Under the pieces are notes generated by a model, which saw only the letters and a program-made list of their open reading frames with translations, searched no databases and was not told the origin of the DNA. The translations under genes were made by a program, and so were the position numbers. Positions 48,727 through 57,618 of a DNA stretch of 57,618 nucleotides are shown in pieces (position 1 is the stretch's first letter; every line of letters starts with the position of its first letter). The stretch is from sequence record SRR31156797_632, one strand, 5' to 3'.

Positions 48727-49584
48727 CTATGCATGTTCTGCTTGAGCAAATATTTCTACCATTTGTTTTAATGTGCGATGATTTCTGCCGGTTACTTTTA
48801 AAAAATCACTTTTCACATCAAGAGCACCCTGATAGATTCCTTCATAAACACCTCCTATTATACTTCCAAAAAAATCACCATAGGCAGCGATCCTATCTTT
48901 CAGATACTCTTCCGTTGAAACTGCTCTATATTTTAAGTCCAGATCAAGCTGCCTGTTTAGTTCAGCAACCAACTCTTGTTGTGTAATAGGTTCGCCACAT
49001 AAATTATACACACCACCATTTAACTTATCGTCCCTAACCATGTTTACATAGGCTAAAGCAAGTTCTTCCCTACATGTGTATCCGCATTTGCCTGCACCGG
49101 CCGAATTGACAACTTCACCTGCTTCTTGATAATCATCCAATGCTTCAAAATCTGCTTCAATATACAATCCGTTACGACCAATAATATAATCTAATCCACT
49201 TTCTGCAATATCCTTTTCTGTTTGCCTGTTTGATTGAATAATATCATCAAAATGGCTTTGACTTTCATCTCCAAAAATACTGGTATAAATAAGTTTTTTT
49301 ACCTCTGCTTTTTTTGCTCCATTAATAATATTACGGTGTTGATCAATTCTTTTATCAGGCACATCATTTCCTGAAATAATAATTAACACATCGACATCCT
49401 TAAGATTTTCTTCAAAATCTGATTGATTGTTATAATCGCCAGTGCGAATCTCTATGCCTAAATGTTTGGCTTTTTCGGGATTTCTGGCTAATCCAACTAC
49501 GTTGAAATCCCCATATGCAATAACTGCCTTTTCAATAATGGCAGACCCCAGTTGCCCACTGGCTGAAGTTACCCCTATTCTCAT
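48727..49584 (-). CDS. NAD(P)H-binding NmrA-like/QorB-type oxidoreductase
   Basis: SASGQLG, GDY, QH.NII.GA, YTS, RNGLY. Confidence 0.85.
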   Translation of the reverse strand: MRIGVTSASGQLGSAIIEKAVIAYGDFNVVGLARNPEKAKHLGIEIRTGDYNNQSDFEENLKDVDVLIIISGNDVPDKRIDQHRNIINGAKKAEVKKLIYTSIFGDESQSHFDDIIQSNRQTEKDIAESGLDYIIGRNGLYIEADFEALDDYQEAGEVVNSAGAGKCGYTCREELALAYVNMVRDDKLNGGVYNLCGEPITQQELVAELNRQLDLDLKYRAVSTEEYLKDRIAAYGDFFGSIIGGVYEGIYQGALDVKSDFLKVTGRNHRTLKQMVEIFAQAEHA

Positions 49585-49792
49585 GGTATTGGTTCCTTAG
49601 TTAGTAAATTCCCTTATTTCTTAAAAAGTAAAACTTCTATATGAAGTTCCTTTCACCCATTTATTTAGGCCAAGTTAAGGCTGTTTAACTAAAAGTCCAA
49701 AAAAAAATTATTTTAACCAATTAGAAATCAATTATCATTAACCTTCAAAAAATTGTAACTTAAACCAGTTTTTAATCAAACTTCAAAAAGCC

Positions 49793-50482
49793 ATGAAACA
49801 AATTGCCATTCTTCTTGTCATTTCAATATTAAGCTTTGCATTCCATAGTTGTGGAACTTCAAAAAGTTATGTTTCATCTTCAAACTATGACTATGAAACT
49901 CCCGGAGATTTTTTAGCTAGTGTTGATGGAATAATTCCAGAGGATGAAATGAACCAGATTGAGAAGAAAATAATCTACTCTGCCAGTCTTGAACTTATTG
50001 TAAAAAATCCTGATACTATCAATAATCGAATTAGTGATATAGCAAAAAAATATGAAGGTTATGTTAGTGAAATTGGCACCTATTATACCAAAATTAGAGT
50101 CAAAAGCAACTACCTTGATCTAGCCATTAAAGAAATTTCGGTGCTGGGTAAATTGAAAAGCAAAAGCATGTCAGGTGAAGATGTCACAGAATCGTATCTG
50201 GATTTTAAGATCAGATTAGATAATGCTGAAAAAGCACGTAAACGCTATCTTGAATTATTGGCAAAAGCTGAAAATGTAGAAGCTGCACTTTTGGTTGAAA
50301 AAGAACTGGAACGACTCAACACCACCATTGATATGCTAAAAGGTAAAATGAACCGAATTAACCACCTTACAGCTTACTCAACCATTACAATCGAATTAAA
50401 TGAACGAGTAAAATATGGTATAGTTGGTTATGTGTTCTACGGCCTATATCATGGAGTGAAGTGGTTGTTTGTTAGAAATTAA
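49793..50482 (+). CDS. DUF4349 domain lipoprotein
   Basis: Lipobox FHSC; KIIYSASL, EDVTESYLD, YSTITI; C-terminal TM. Confidence 0.85.
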   Translation: MKQIAILLVISILSFAFHSCGTSKSYVSSSNYDYETPGDFLASVDGIIPEDEMNQIEKKIIYSASLELIVKNPDTINNRISDIAKKYEGYVSEIGTYYTKIRVKSNYLDLAIKEISVLGKLKSKSMSGEDVTESYLDFKIRLDNAEKARKRYLELLAKAENVEAALLVEKELERLNTTIDMLKGKMNRINHLTAYSTITIELNERVKYGIVGYVFYGLYHGVKWLFVRN

Positions 50483-50770
50483 TTATTCCGGCAAAAACTC
50501 TACTTTGTTTTTATAAAAAGCTACATAATCTTTAATCTGACTAGCTTCTGCTTTAGGATTGGCATAATACCAGGCAGCTTCTATTTCCTTTACATTACCA
50601 TCAACCAGATTGAAATATGAGGCAGTGCCTTTCCATGGGCACACAGTTTCAAGGGAATTATCTTCCAGTAACTCTTTATTGACAGATTTTGGTGGGAAAT
50701 AGTGGTTATTTTCAATTACTATCGTTTCATTGCTATCAGCTATTACTTTATCATTCCATAAAACTTTCAT
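50483..50770 (-). CDS. DUF427 domain protein
   Basis: VIA.S, E.NHYFP, CPWKGTASY, AAWYY, YVAFY; start at ATG 50770. Confidence 0.9.
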   Translation of the reverse strand: MKVLWNDKVIADSNETIVIENNHYFPPKSVNKELLEDNSLETVCPWKGTASYFNLVDGNVKEIEAAWYYANPKAEASQIKDYVAFYKNKVEFLPE

Positions 50771-50939
50771 ATTACTTCTATTTAATTGATTTAGAAATAG
50801 AACAAAAAAGACATACAATGAGTTCTAAATATATATTCATAACCTGAAAAAGTAGATTAGCATAATATTCAAAGTCACTGGTAAGAATAACCACAATTCG
50901 ATTGTAAAATTTCTTAATTTGGGTTAATAAAACAAATTA

Positions 50940-52574
50940 ATGCAAGGCCTAATAAACATATGGGATAATATATCATACCTTGGCGCAGATGGCGATATTG
51001 ATGATTACAAGCAAAAAAGTACGATTTTGCTTAACAGGCTTCTAATGGCTTATATATTGTTTTTTCTCGTGTTAGCTCCTATTGCTTATTTTAGACTTAG
51101 TACACCAATCGCATTTTTGATATCTGGAAACAACATTTTACTTTCTTTTATATTCTTATTACTGAATGGTATTGGTAAGGCGCACATTTCCAAGCACATT
51201 ATACCTGTTTTATTTCCATTAGCTATTACGTTAGGCTCAGCTTACGCAAAGTCCATTGGATTCACCAATGAGTTAATTTTATATTTGGCTCCTAAATTGA
51301 TTTTAGCTGTAATGATTGCTCTCCCGGTATTGTTGTTTGGATATGCACAAATTAAACAAACTATCATTTATACAGCAATTGCTTTAGCCATTTTCCTGCT
51401 TTATGATAAAGTCAATATGCTTTTTGGAGTAGAAATTGAACTTTTAAAGTTTAATCCTGAAAATTACCTACTGTTTGAAATAGTATTAACCTTACTCATC
51501 CTTGTTCTTATAGCTAGTGCCATGTTTTTACAATTCTTGAATAATCAATATGAAGAAAAACTGCATCGAGCGCATAGATTATTAATGAAATCTAAAAACA
51601 TCATTGAGCAAAAAAGTAATGCAGTGGAAGAAACAAATGAAGAGCTTACAGCATCAAATACTAAGCTCAATCAAATGAATAAGGAATTGGAAAGTACTTT
51701 GGATACAATAAGCGTTCAAAACACAAGATTGGTTTCCCAGAAACTTCGTATAGAGCAAATTTACAGGGAACTCAACGAAAGTATTGAATACGCAAGTCTT
51801 ATACAAAATGCAATAACATCCGATAATGTTTTAGTTGATGTTTTCCCTGAGCATTTCGTAATTAATAAGCCAAAAAATGTTGTTTCCGGTGACTTTTACT
51901 GGATGAAAAAAATAGAAAACAGAATTATTCTTGCTACAGCAGACTGCACGGGCCATGGTGTGCCGGGTGCATTTATGAGTATGCTTGGAACGACCTTATT
52001 TAATGAAATTGTAAACAAAGACAATATTGCAAGACCAAATATCATCTTAGATAGCTTAAGAAGTAAACTCAAGAAAGCTTTGCACCAAACAGGTGAAGCA
52101 AACGAAAACAAAGATGGAATTGATGTATCACTATGCACTATAAACACTGATAGCATGGTTCTGACTTTCTCGGGTGCCCATAGGTCTATTTATATTATAC
52201 GTAGTAAAGCGGATACTGACCAAATGACTGATATGCAATGTTATAAAAGACTAAATTATAAAGATTTTGTGCTATGTCAAATCAAAGGAAATACCCAACC
52301 AATAGGTATTGGTGTAAAAGAAATTCCATTTGATACAAAGGTTATACAACTAGCAAAAGGCGACTGTATTTATACTTTTACAGATGGTTTTACCGATCAA
52401 ATTGGCTCAGAGAAAAACAAAAAACTCATGACCGGGTACTTTAAAAACTTACTACTTGAAAATTGCCACTTACATATGACTTCACAACAGAATAAACTAG
52501 AAAATATATATAAAGATTGGAAAGGATCTGAAGAACAAACAGATGATATTCTAGTCATTGGCATTCGGGTTTAA
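50940..52574 (+). CDS. Membrane-bound PP2C/SpoIIE-type phosphatase
   Basis: About 5-6 TMs, coiled coil, VSGDFY, ADCTGHGVPGA, DGID, TDGFTDQ, DDIL. Confidence 0.92.
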   Translation: MQGLINIWDNISYLGADGDIDDYKQKSTILLNRLLMAYILFFLVLAPIAYFRLSTPIAFLISGNNILLSFIFLLLNGIGKAHISKHIIPVLFPLAITLGSAYAKSIGFTNELILYLAPKLILAVMIALPVLLFGYAQIKQTIIYTAIALAIFLLYDKVNMLFGVEIELLKFNPENYLLFEIVLTLLILVLIASAMFLQFLNNQYEEKLHRAHRLLMKSKNIIEQKSNAVEETNEELTASNTKLNQMNKELESTLDTISVQNTRLVSQKLRIEQIYRELNESIEYASLIQNAITSDNVLVDVFPEHFVINKPKNVVSGDFYWMKKIENRIILATADCTGHGVPGAFMSMLGTTLFNEIVNKDNIARPNIILDSLRSKLKKALHQTGEANENKDGIDVSLCTINTDSMVLTFSGAHRSIYIIRSKADTDQMTDMQCYKRLNYKDFVLCQIKGNTQPIGIGVKEIPFDTKVIQLAKGDCIYTFTDGFTDQIGSEKNKKLMTGYFKNLLLENCHLHMTSQQNKLENIYKDWKGSEEQTDDILVIGIRV

Positions 52575-52604
52575 AACCCTCTTTAAACATTTGAAAGACT
52601 ATTA

Positions 52605-53957
52605 TTACTCATGCGGTATCTTAATGTGAAATATGCTTCCCTTTCCTAATTCTGATTCAGCATAAATTTCTCCTGCATGCTGATCAATAAACTCTTTACA
52701 AATTATTAAACCTAAACCAGTACCGGTTTCTCTATCTGTTCCCGGGGTGGATTTATTATTCTCCACATCAAATAACTTTTCTTTCATTTCATCCAAAATA
52801 CCAACACCACTATCCTGAACTTCAATATGTACCAGTTTTTCTGCTAGTCTCTTCTCTAAATATGCTTTTACTGTTACACTTCCTCCTTTAGGAGTAAATT
52901 TTATGGCATTTGAAATAAGGTTTTGAATTACTGTATTTAACATTCTTTCATCGGCAATTAATACTAAGGATTTATCAATTTCTTCACACAATTGAATGGA
53001 TTTATTTTCAGCACTTTCTTTCAATAGATTTACAGAATTATCGATAATCTTAGATAGCAGTACTTCATTAGGTTCGTATTTAATTCTACCCAACTGTACT
53101 CGTGACCATGTAAGTAGGTTTTCCAGTAATTTATATATTTTCTGAGAACTACTATTTATTGTTTGCAGCATACTTTTTATCTCACCGGGCTCAAGCTCAT
53201 CAAATTCATCCAAAAGCAATTCAGTAAAACCCAAAACAGGGTTAAACGGATTTTTCAAATCGTGCGCTACTATAGAAAAAAACTTATCTTTTGTTGCATT
53301 TAATTCTTTTAGCTCTGACTCACTATCCTTTATTCTTTGCAGGTTACCTTTTAACTCTTCCCTTGTTTTTACCAACTCCACATTCTTTTTTCTTAACTCA
53401 ATCAATGAATTTCTATAAGCATTTTGAGTTTTGGTTCTGGTGTATTCAGAGATTAAAATAAAAGTACTGGCAATTGGAAATGCAATTAAGAATCGAACCA
53501 TAAATTGATCAGGGTAAACATTAATATTCCAATTGAACGGATTAAAAAAGAAAAATATAATCAGTAAATATATTCCCATATTATAGAGTAATCCTTTTTT
53601 ATAATCAGTCATTAATGTTGCCATAGGTGAAAAGACAAAAAACCATAATACCCCAGAATTTTGAATCCCGATTACAGCAAACAACAATAGACAAACTATC
53701 AAAAAAGAAAAAATTATAATGTGGGCTGAGATTTTATAATTTTTGGTTGCCAAAAAAACTATCATACTGCCAAAAGTTGCCAGAGATAGCATCAAAAGTG
53801 CTGATATGTAAAGATTAGATCTGTCATAAAAAAATCCTTCGATTAAAAAGTAAAAAGAAGTAAACATTCCAACAGACCCAAACAAAAAAATTAAAAGTGA
53901 CTTGCGACTATCTTCGTTGCCAACCTTTCGGTTAATATTAAAGAATATTCCCTTCAT
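52605..53957 (-). CDS. Membrane sensor histidine kinase
   Basis: About 6 TMs, AHDLKNP, NLISNAIKFT, DSGVGI, GTGLGL. Confidence 0.93.
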   Translation of the reverse strand: MKGIFFNINRKVGNEDSRKSLLIFLFGSVGMFTSFYFLIEGFFYDRSNLYISALLMLSLATFGSMIVFLATKNYKISAHIIIFSFLIVCLLLFAVIGIQNSGVLWFFVFSPMATLMTDYKKGLLYNMGIYLLIIFFFFNPFNWNINVYPDQFMVRFLIAFPIASTFILISEYTRTKTQNAYRNSLIELRKKNVELVKTREELKGNLQRIKDSESELKELNATKDKFFSIVAHDLKNPFNPVLGFTELLLDEFDELEPGEIKSMLQTINSSSQKIYKLLENLLTWSRVQLGRIKYEPNEVLLSKIIDNSVNLLKESAENKSIQLCEEIDKSLVLIADERMLNTVIQNLISNAIKFTPKGGSVTVKAYLEKRLAEKLVHIEVQDSGVGILDEMKEKLFDVENNKSTPGTDRETGTGLGLIICKEFIDQHAGEIYAESELGKGSIFHIKIPHE

Positions 53958-54228
53958 TTTTCTTTTGTAAAGAAATGATTATTTCATATGGTTAAATTTA
54001 GATTTTTTATAGCAAAGAGCAAAGCAAATCAATCAATAGTTATTCTTATTCAATCAGATAAAGGCATTAATTGACTCAATTTATCATTATTAAGATGCTA
54101 ATAAGCACAATTAATCGCTTTTCTATGTTTAAGATAGATTAACTGGCTATTTTATTCTATATATACAAGAATGCATTCAAAGTGCGTTATTATTAAAACA
54201 CCATAATATTCATTTAAATCCAATTGCT

Positions 54229-54906
54229 ATGAGAGTCCTAATCACCATTTTAAGCATCCTTTTTCTAGGGCAATTAAACGCTCAAGAGTTTGAGTTTAAA
54301 GCCCCGGATTACAAGAAGATTAAAAAAGTTACCAGTAAAAAATCTTCCGATTTCTATTATCCCAAACTTCTGGAGCGCTATCAATCCTATGATTCCACAT
54401 TAACGGTTGATGACTACAGACATTTGTACTATGGTAATATTTTTCAAAAAGAATTTCAACCATACTGGTCATCTCCGGTGGGCGAAGAGATTAACAAATA
54501 CTACAGAAGCCAATCAATTGATGAAAAAGATTATGATAAAATTATTAAGCTAATAGATGTATCGTTAGCTGATTTTCCATTTGACCTGAGGAACATGAAC
54601 TTTAAAGCCTATTTATATCAAAAGAAAGGCGATGATGCTATGGCCGGTAAAATAATGTCGCAATACAATGCCATTATCAATGCAATGATCTCAACCGGAG
54701 ATGGCAGAACATGTGAAAATAGTATTCATGTTATATCAGTAAATCATGAATATTTGCTTCTCAGCCTTTTCGAACTTCAAATGACTCAACAGTCGCTCAT
54801 TGGTAGTTGCGACTATATGCAAGTTGCAAAAGGAAACCACGACATTGAGGGTGTGTATTTCAATGTGGGTAAAATTCTAGAAGCACAAAGTAAGTTATTT
54901 AAATAA
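54229..54906 (+). CDS. DUF4919 family secreted protein
   Basis: Signal peptide; FYYPKLLERY, YRHLYYG, STGDG, VISVNHEY. Confidence 0.8.
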   Translation: MRVLITILSILFLGQLNAQEFEFKAPDYKKIKKVTSKKSSDFYYPKLLERYQSYDSTLTVDDYRHLYYGNIFQKEFQPYWSSPVGEEINKYYRSQSIDEKDYDKIIKLIDVSLADFPFDLRNMNFKAYLYQKKGDDAMAGKIMSQYNAIINAMISTGDGRTCENSIHVISVNHEYLLLSLFELQMTQQSLIGSCDYMQVAKGNHDIEGVYFNVGKILEAQSKLFK

Positions 54907-54918
54907 TACGAAATGATC

Positions 54919-55000
54919 AAGTCTCGATGTGTTTAAGATTCATCGGTTTAATTGGGGTTTAATTGTTTTCAAGTGATTATGAACACATCGAGGCTTTTCT
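54919..55000 (+). other. Long stem-loop (terminator-like or structured RNA element)
   Basis: 17-bp stem aagtctcgatgtgttta/tgaacacatcgaggctt (two G-U pairs on +) closing 44 nt that hold two GGTTTAATTG copies. Confidence 0.6.
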
Positions 55001-55158
55001 ATTGTTTAATGTGCTACTACAAAAACACAAACATTAATTAATCTTAAAGGCTCACTATCAAAAAATTAACAAAACTTTCACAGACGCCAAGAACTTCTTG
55101 ATTATATTTTTGTTTAACTATCAGTAAAAAATAATAAACAAAATCATCGGGAAATATA

Positions 55159-57453
55159 ATGAAACGTCTCAAAAAAATATTAAAATATACCCTTCTTTCC
55201 ATATTTACACTGGTATTGGTAACTCTTATATCAGCAGTTTTAATAATTTCTCCGATTTGGGCAGGAAATACCGATCTTAAAACATCTAAAGAACGTATGG
55301 ATGCTTTCCCAAAGAATGGGTTTCCTATTGACAATTCAGCTAAAATATATTGGAACAAAAACCTAATCCCATTCATTGAAGCACAATCCGATGCTGATGC
55401 AGCTTTCCTGCTGGGAGCCATTAATGCACATTTGCGTTTAGGCCAAATGGAACTACTTAAAATGGTTGCCATGGGTCGTTTGGCAGAAATGGCAGGCCCG
55501 CTTGTAACGGATATTGACCATGGATTGCGAATTTTGGATATTGATAAAGCTGCCGAAGGTATGGTACAAAATCAAGATGATCAAACCCGCGAATGGGTGC
55601 AATCATTTGTAGACGGAATCAATTGGTATGTTGCGCAAATGGACGAAGACCCGGTTGAATACAGCGCACTTCGTATTCCAAAAACAAAATGGACACAAGT
55701 AGATGTGTATCGACTCGCACGTTTAGCCTCTGCAGACTTAACCTGGGGTATTTACATACAAGCCTTATTAAACCAAAAAAATCCGGGTTCAGATAAAATT
55801 TGGGCATTCTTACTTGAAAAAGGACAAAAATCGATTCCTTCGTTCACGAAAAACTCAGGAGAGAACCTTTCTCAAATTTTCAATCATATTTCAAAATCCG
55901 GCAGCAACTCTTTGGTTGTCTCAAAAGACAAAAGCTTTAATGGTCATGCACTCATGGCCAACGACCCCCATCTGGGTATTTTTGCACCAAACATGTGGTT
56001 TTTAGTAGGAATCAAATCACCTAGCTATCATATGGTGGGAATGCAAATACCGGGTATCCCGTTTATAGCACTTGGAAGAAATCCTGACATTGCGTGGGGA
56101 GGCACCAACATGCGCTCCATCAGTTCACATTTAATTGAATTGAATGATGAACAAGTACAAAACGCCACTACCTATACCGATACCATTGATGTGCGTTTTT
56201 GGTTTAATAAAAAGGTGGATGTGCGCGAATCTGAATATGGACCCATTATTTCCGATTTACCATTTTTATCGCACCTCAAAAAACCGATTGCCATACAATG
56301 GCTCGGCCATGAACCCACCAACGAACTGATATCATTTTTAAAAGCCAGCCGTGCCAGCAACTTTGATGAATTTCGAGCAGCTTTTAAAGGTTATACTGTT
56401 TCCGGACAGAATATGGTGTATGCTGATAATGAGGGAAATATAGGCCTTATCCCAGCCTACTCGCAACCGCTATTGAACGATCCAGACCAAACCCTGGCAC
56501 TTACAAAACCTACTAGTAATGCTATTGTAAGTAAAAGAGATTCCTATGATTTACCATTTTCTTTTAACCCCGAAACCGGTTTCATAGCCTCTGCCAATAA
56601 TTTGCCTTATCCTATGGAAATTCCCATTGCTTTTGAATACTCCGGTTATAATCGCATGCAACGTATGCACGAAATAGCTGAAAGCACTGATTCAATAACC
56701 ATGGAAATGTTGAAAGATGTGCAAACTGATGTTACATCTTACGAAGCTTTAAATCTCAGAAATCAAATCGTAAAACAACTCGATCAGCAAGTTGAGTTGC
56801 TTAGAAAAGAATACCCAACTTATTGGCTCACATTTGAAAAATGGAATGGTGAATATGATGTAAATTCCAAAGGGGCTGTTGCCTTTGAAACCATGATGTA
56901 TTATTTCACCCTCGATCTTTTAAAGGATAATTATCCTGAAAAATATATGCAGAACTATTTTATGAATGATGATCGCTGGAAAGTTTTACTTCCTAAACTT
57001 TTAGTGAGTGAAAAACCTGCACAGCTGAAGGATCGCTTATTAAATGCCATGAAAAAAGGTCAAAAAAACTTTGAGAAATATGAGAAATGGGGAGATATGC
57101 ACCGTTTAGCATTTGGGTCACCACTAGCCAGAATACCATTATTTAGAAAAAAATATCGTTTGGCCGATATTGGTTTAGGTGGAACAACTAACACCCTAAT
57201 GAAAACAGCGCACCCATTTTCACCTGAAAAACACACTATAACTTACGGCTCCAACTCACGCCACATTAGCAACATGGAAGATATTGACGAGAACTATTTT
57301 GTGCTGTTGGGCGGCCAGGACGGCTGGGTAAAAAGCCCTCACAACGATGATCAGCTCAAGTTATGGCAAAAACATGAGTACATTAAAATGCCGCTGCGAA
57401 TTGAATCTGTGAAAAAAAAATTTGATTATTATGTAACAGAAATTAATAAATAA
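55159..57453 (+). CDS. Penicillin acylase family Ntn-hydrolase
   Basis: N-terminal TM; IPFIEA, RL.QME, GRLAE, G-SN nucleophile (SGSNSLVV), MANDPHL, QNMVYAD, SANN. Confidence 0.92.
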   Translation: MKRLKKILKYTLLSIFTLVLVTLISAVLIISPIWAGNTDLKTSKERMDAFPKNGFPIDNSAKIYWNKNLIPFIEAQSDADAAFLLGAINAHLRLGQMELLKMVAMGRLAEMAGPLVTDIDHGLRILDIDKAAEGMVQNQDDQTREWVQSFVDGINWYVAQMDEDPVEYSALRIPKTKWTQVDVYRLARLASADLTWGIYIQALLNQKNPGSDKIWAFLLEKGQKSIPSFTKNSGENLSQIFNHISKSGSNSLVVSKDKSFNGHALMANDPHLGIFAPNMWFLVGIKSPSYHMVGMQIPGIPFIALGRNPDIAWGGTNMRSISSHLIELNDEQVQNATTYTDTIDVRFWFNKKVDVRESEYGPIISDLPFLSHLKKPIAIQWLGHEPTNELISFLKASRASNFDEFRAAFKGYTVSGQNMVYADNEGNIGLIPAYSQPLLNDPDQTLALTKPTSNAIVSKRDSYDLPFSFNPETGFIASANNLPYPMEIPIAFEYSGYNRMQRMHEIAESTDSITMEMLKDVQTDVTSYEALNLRNQIVKQLDQQVELLRKEYPTYWLTFEKWNGEYDVNSKGAVAFETMMYYFTLDLLKDNYPEKYMQNYFMNDDRWKVLLPKLLVSEKPAQLKDRLLNAMKKGQKNFEKYEKWGDMHRLAFGSPLARIPLFRKKYRLADIGLGGTTNTLMKTAHPFSPEKHTITYGSNSRHISNMEDIDENYFVLLGGQDGWVKSPHNDDQLKLWQKHEYIKMPLRIESVKKKFDYYVTEINK

Positions 57454-57520
57454 TACAATAGCAAACAAAGAAACCATCGCTGTCGTGATATTAACTTCCT
57501 CGAAATCATTGCCTAACACT

Positions 57521-57543
57521 GGCGCAAGCTTGCAGCTTGTGCC
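57521..57543. repeat. REP-like palindrome (ggcgcaagct-tgc-agcttgtgcc)
   Basis: 10-bp stem, intergenic, no U-tract. Confidence 0.55.
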
Positions 57544-57618
57544 TCCAACAATAACAACTTTCTTCATATAAAGTGCCACCCCCGGTAACGCGGATTTAGC
57601 TTCGCTGAACTCATCGCT

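Noticed and set aside
49632-49648. Palindrome aacttc-tatat-gaagtt upstream of the NmrA-like gene
   Set aside because: 6-bp AT-rich arms are expected by chance, and no regulator is adjacent
57511-57560. Possible integron attC site (GCCTAAC)
   Set aside because: No matching GTTRRRY core at a suitable distance, and no integrase or cassette array
1570-57579. Remaining short (60-142 aa) ORFs nested in or antisense to long genes, e.g. 1860-2168, 20007-20348, 24798-25061, 39075-39470, 55044-55472, 57361-57579
   Set aside because: They overlap well-supported genes and show no motifs; treated as shadow ORFs

Overview
AT-rich chromosomal segment, almost certainly from a Bacteroidota bacterium. Several TAnnTTTG -7 promoter elements are visible, starts are A-rich without Shine-Dalgarno sites, and there are many lipoproteins, OM beta-barrels and TPR sensors. 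No rRNA, tRNA, CRISPR array, integrase or transposase was seen. Main contents: proline dehydrogenase head-to-head with aroB-aroA; priA; a SAM-I riboswitch-controlled methionine cluster (aspartokinase, metY, metX, hom, metH); an SPFH gene with an Arc/RHH regulator that the ORF track misses; a Phe/Tyr homogentisate catabolic cluster (phhA, scoA, scoB, hmgA, hppD, fahA, flavin-reductase-like gene) with no maiA; orphan sensors; three tandem paralogous OM proteins; a penicillin-acylase-family gene; and several intergenic REP-like repeat families. Best candidate for an undescribed system: directly after the SAM-I aptamer is a 33-codon leader ORF (16147-16248) ending in CTSCCSCMRMHR, followed by a GC-rich hairpin. 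This suggests a riboswitch coupled to a Cys/Met-sensing attenuator. All protein calls come from motif recognition by eye, not database searches.
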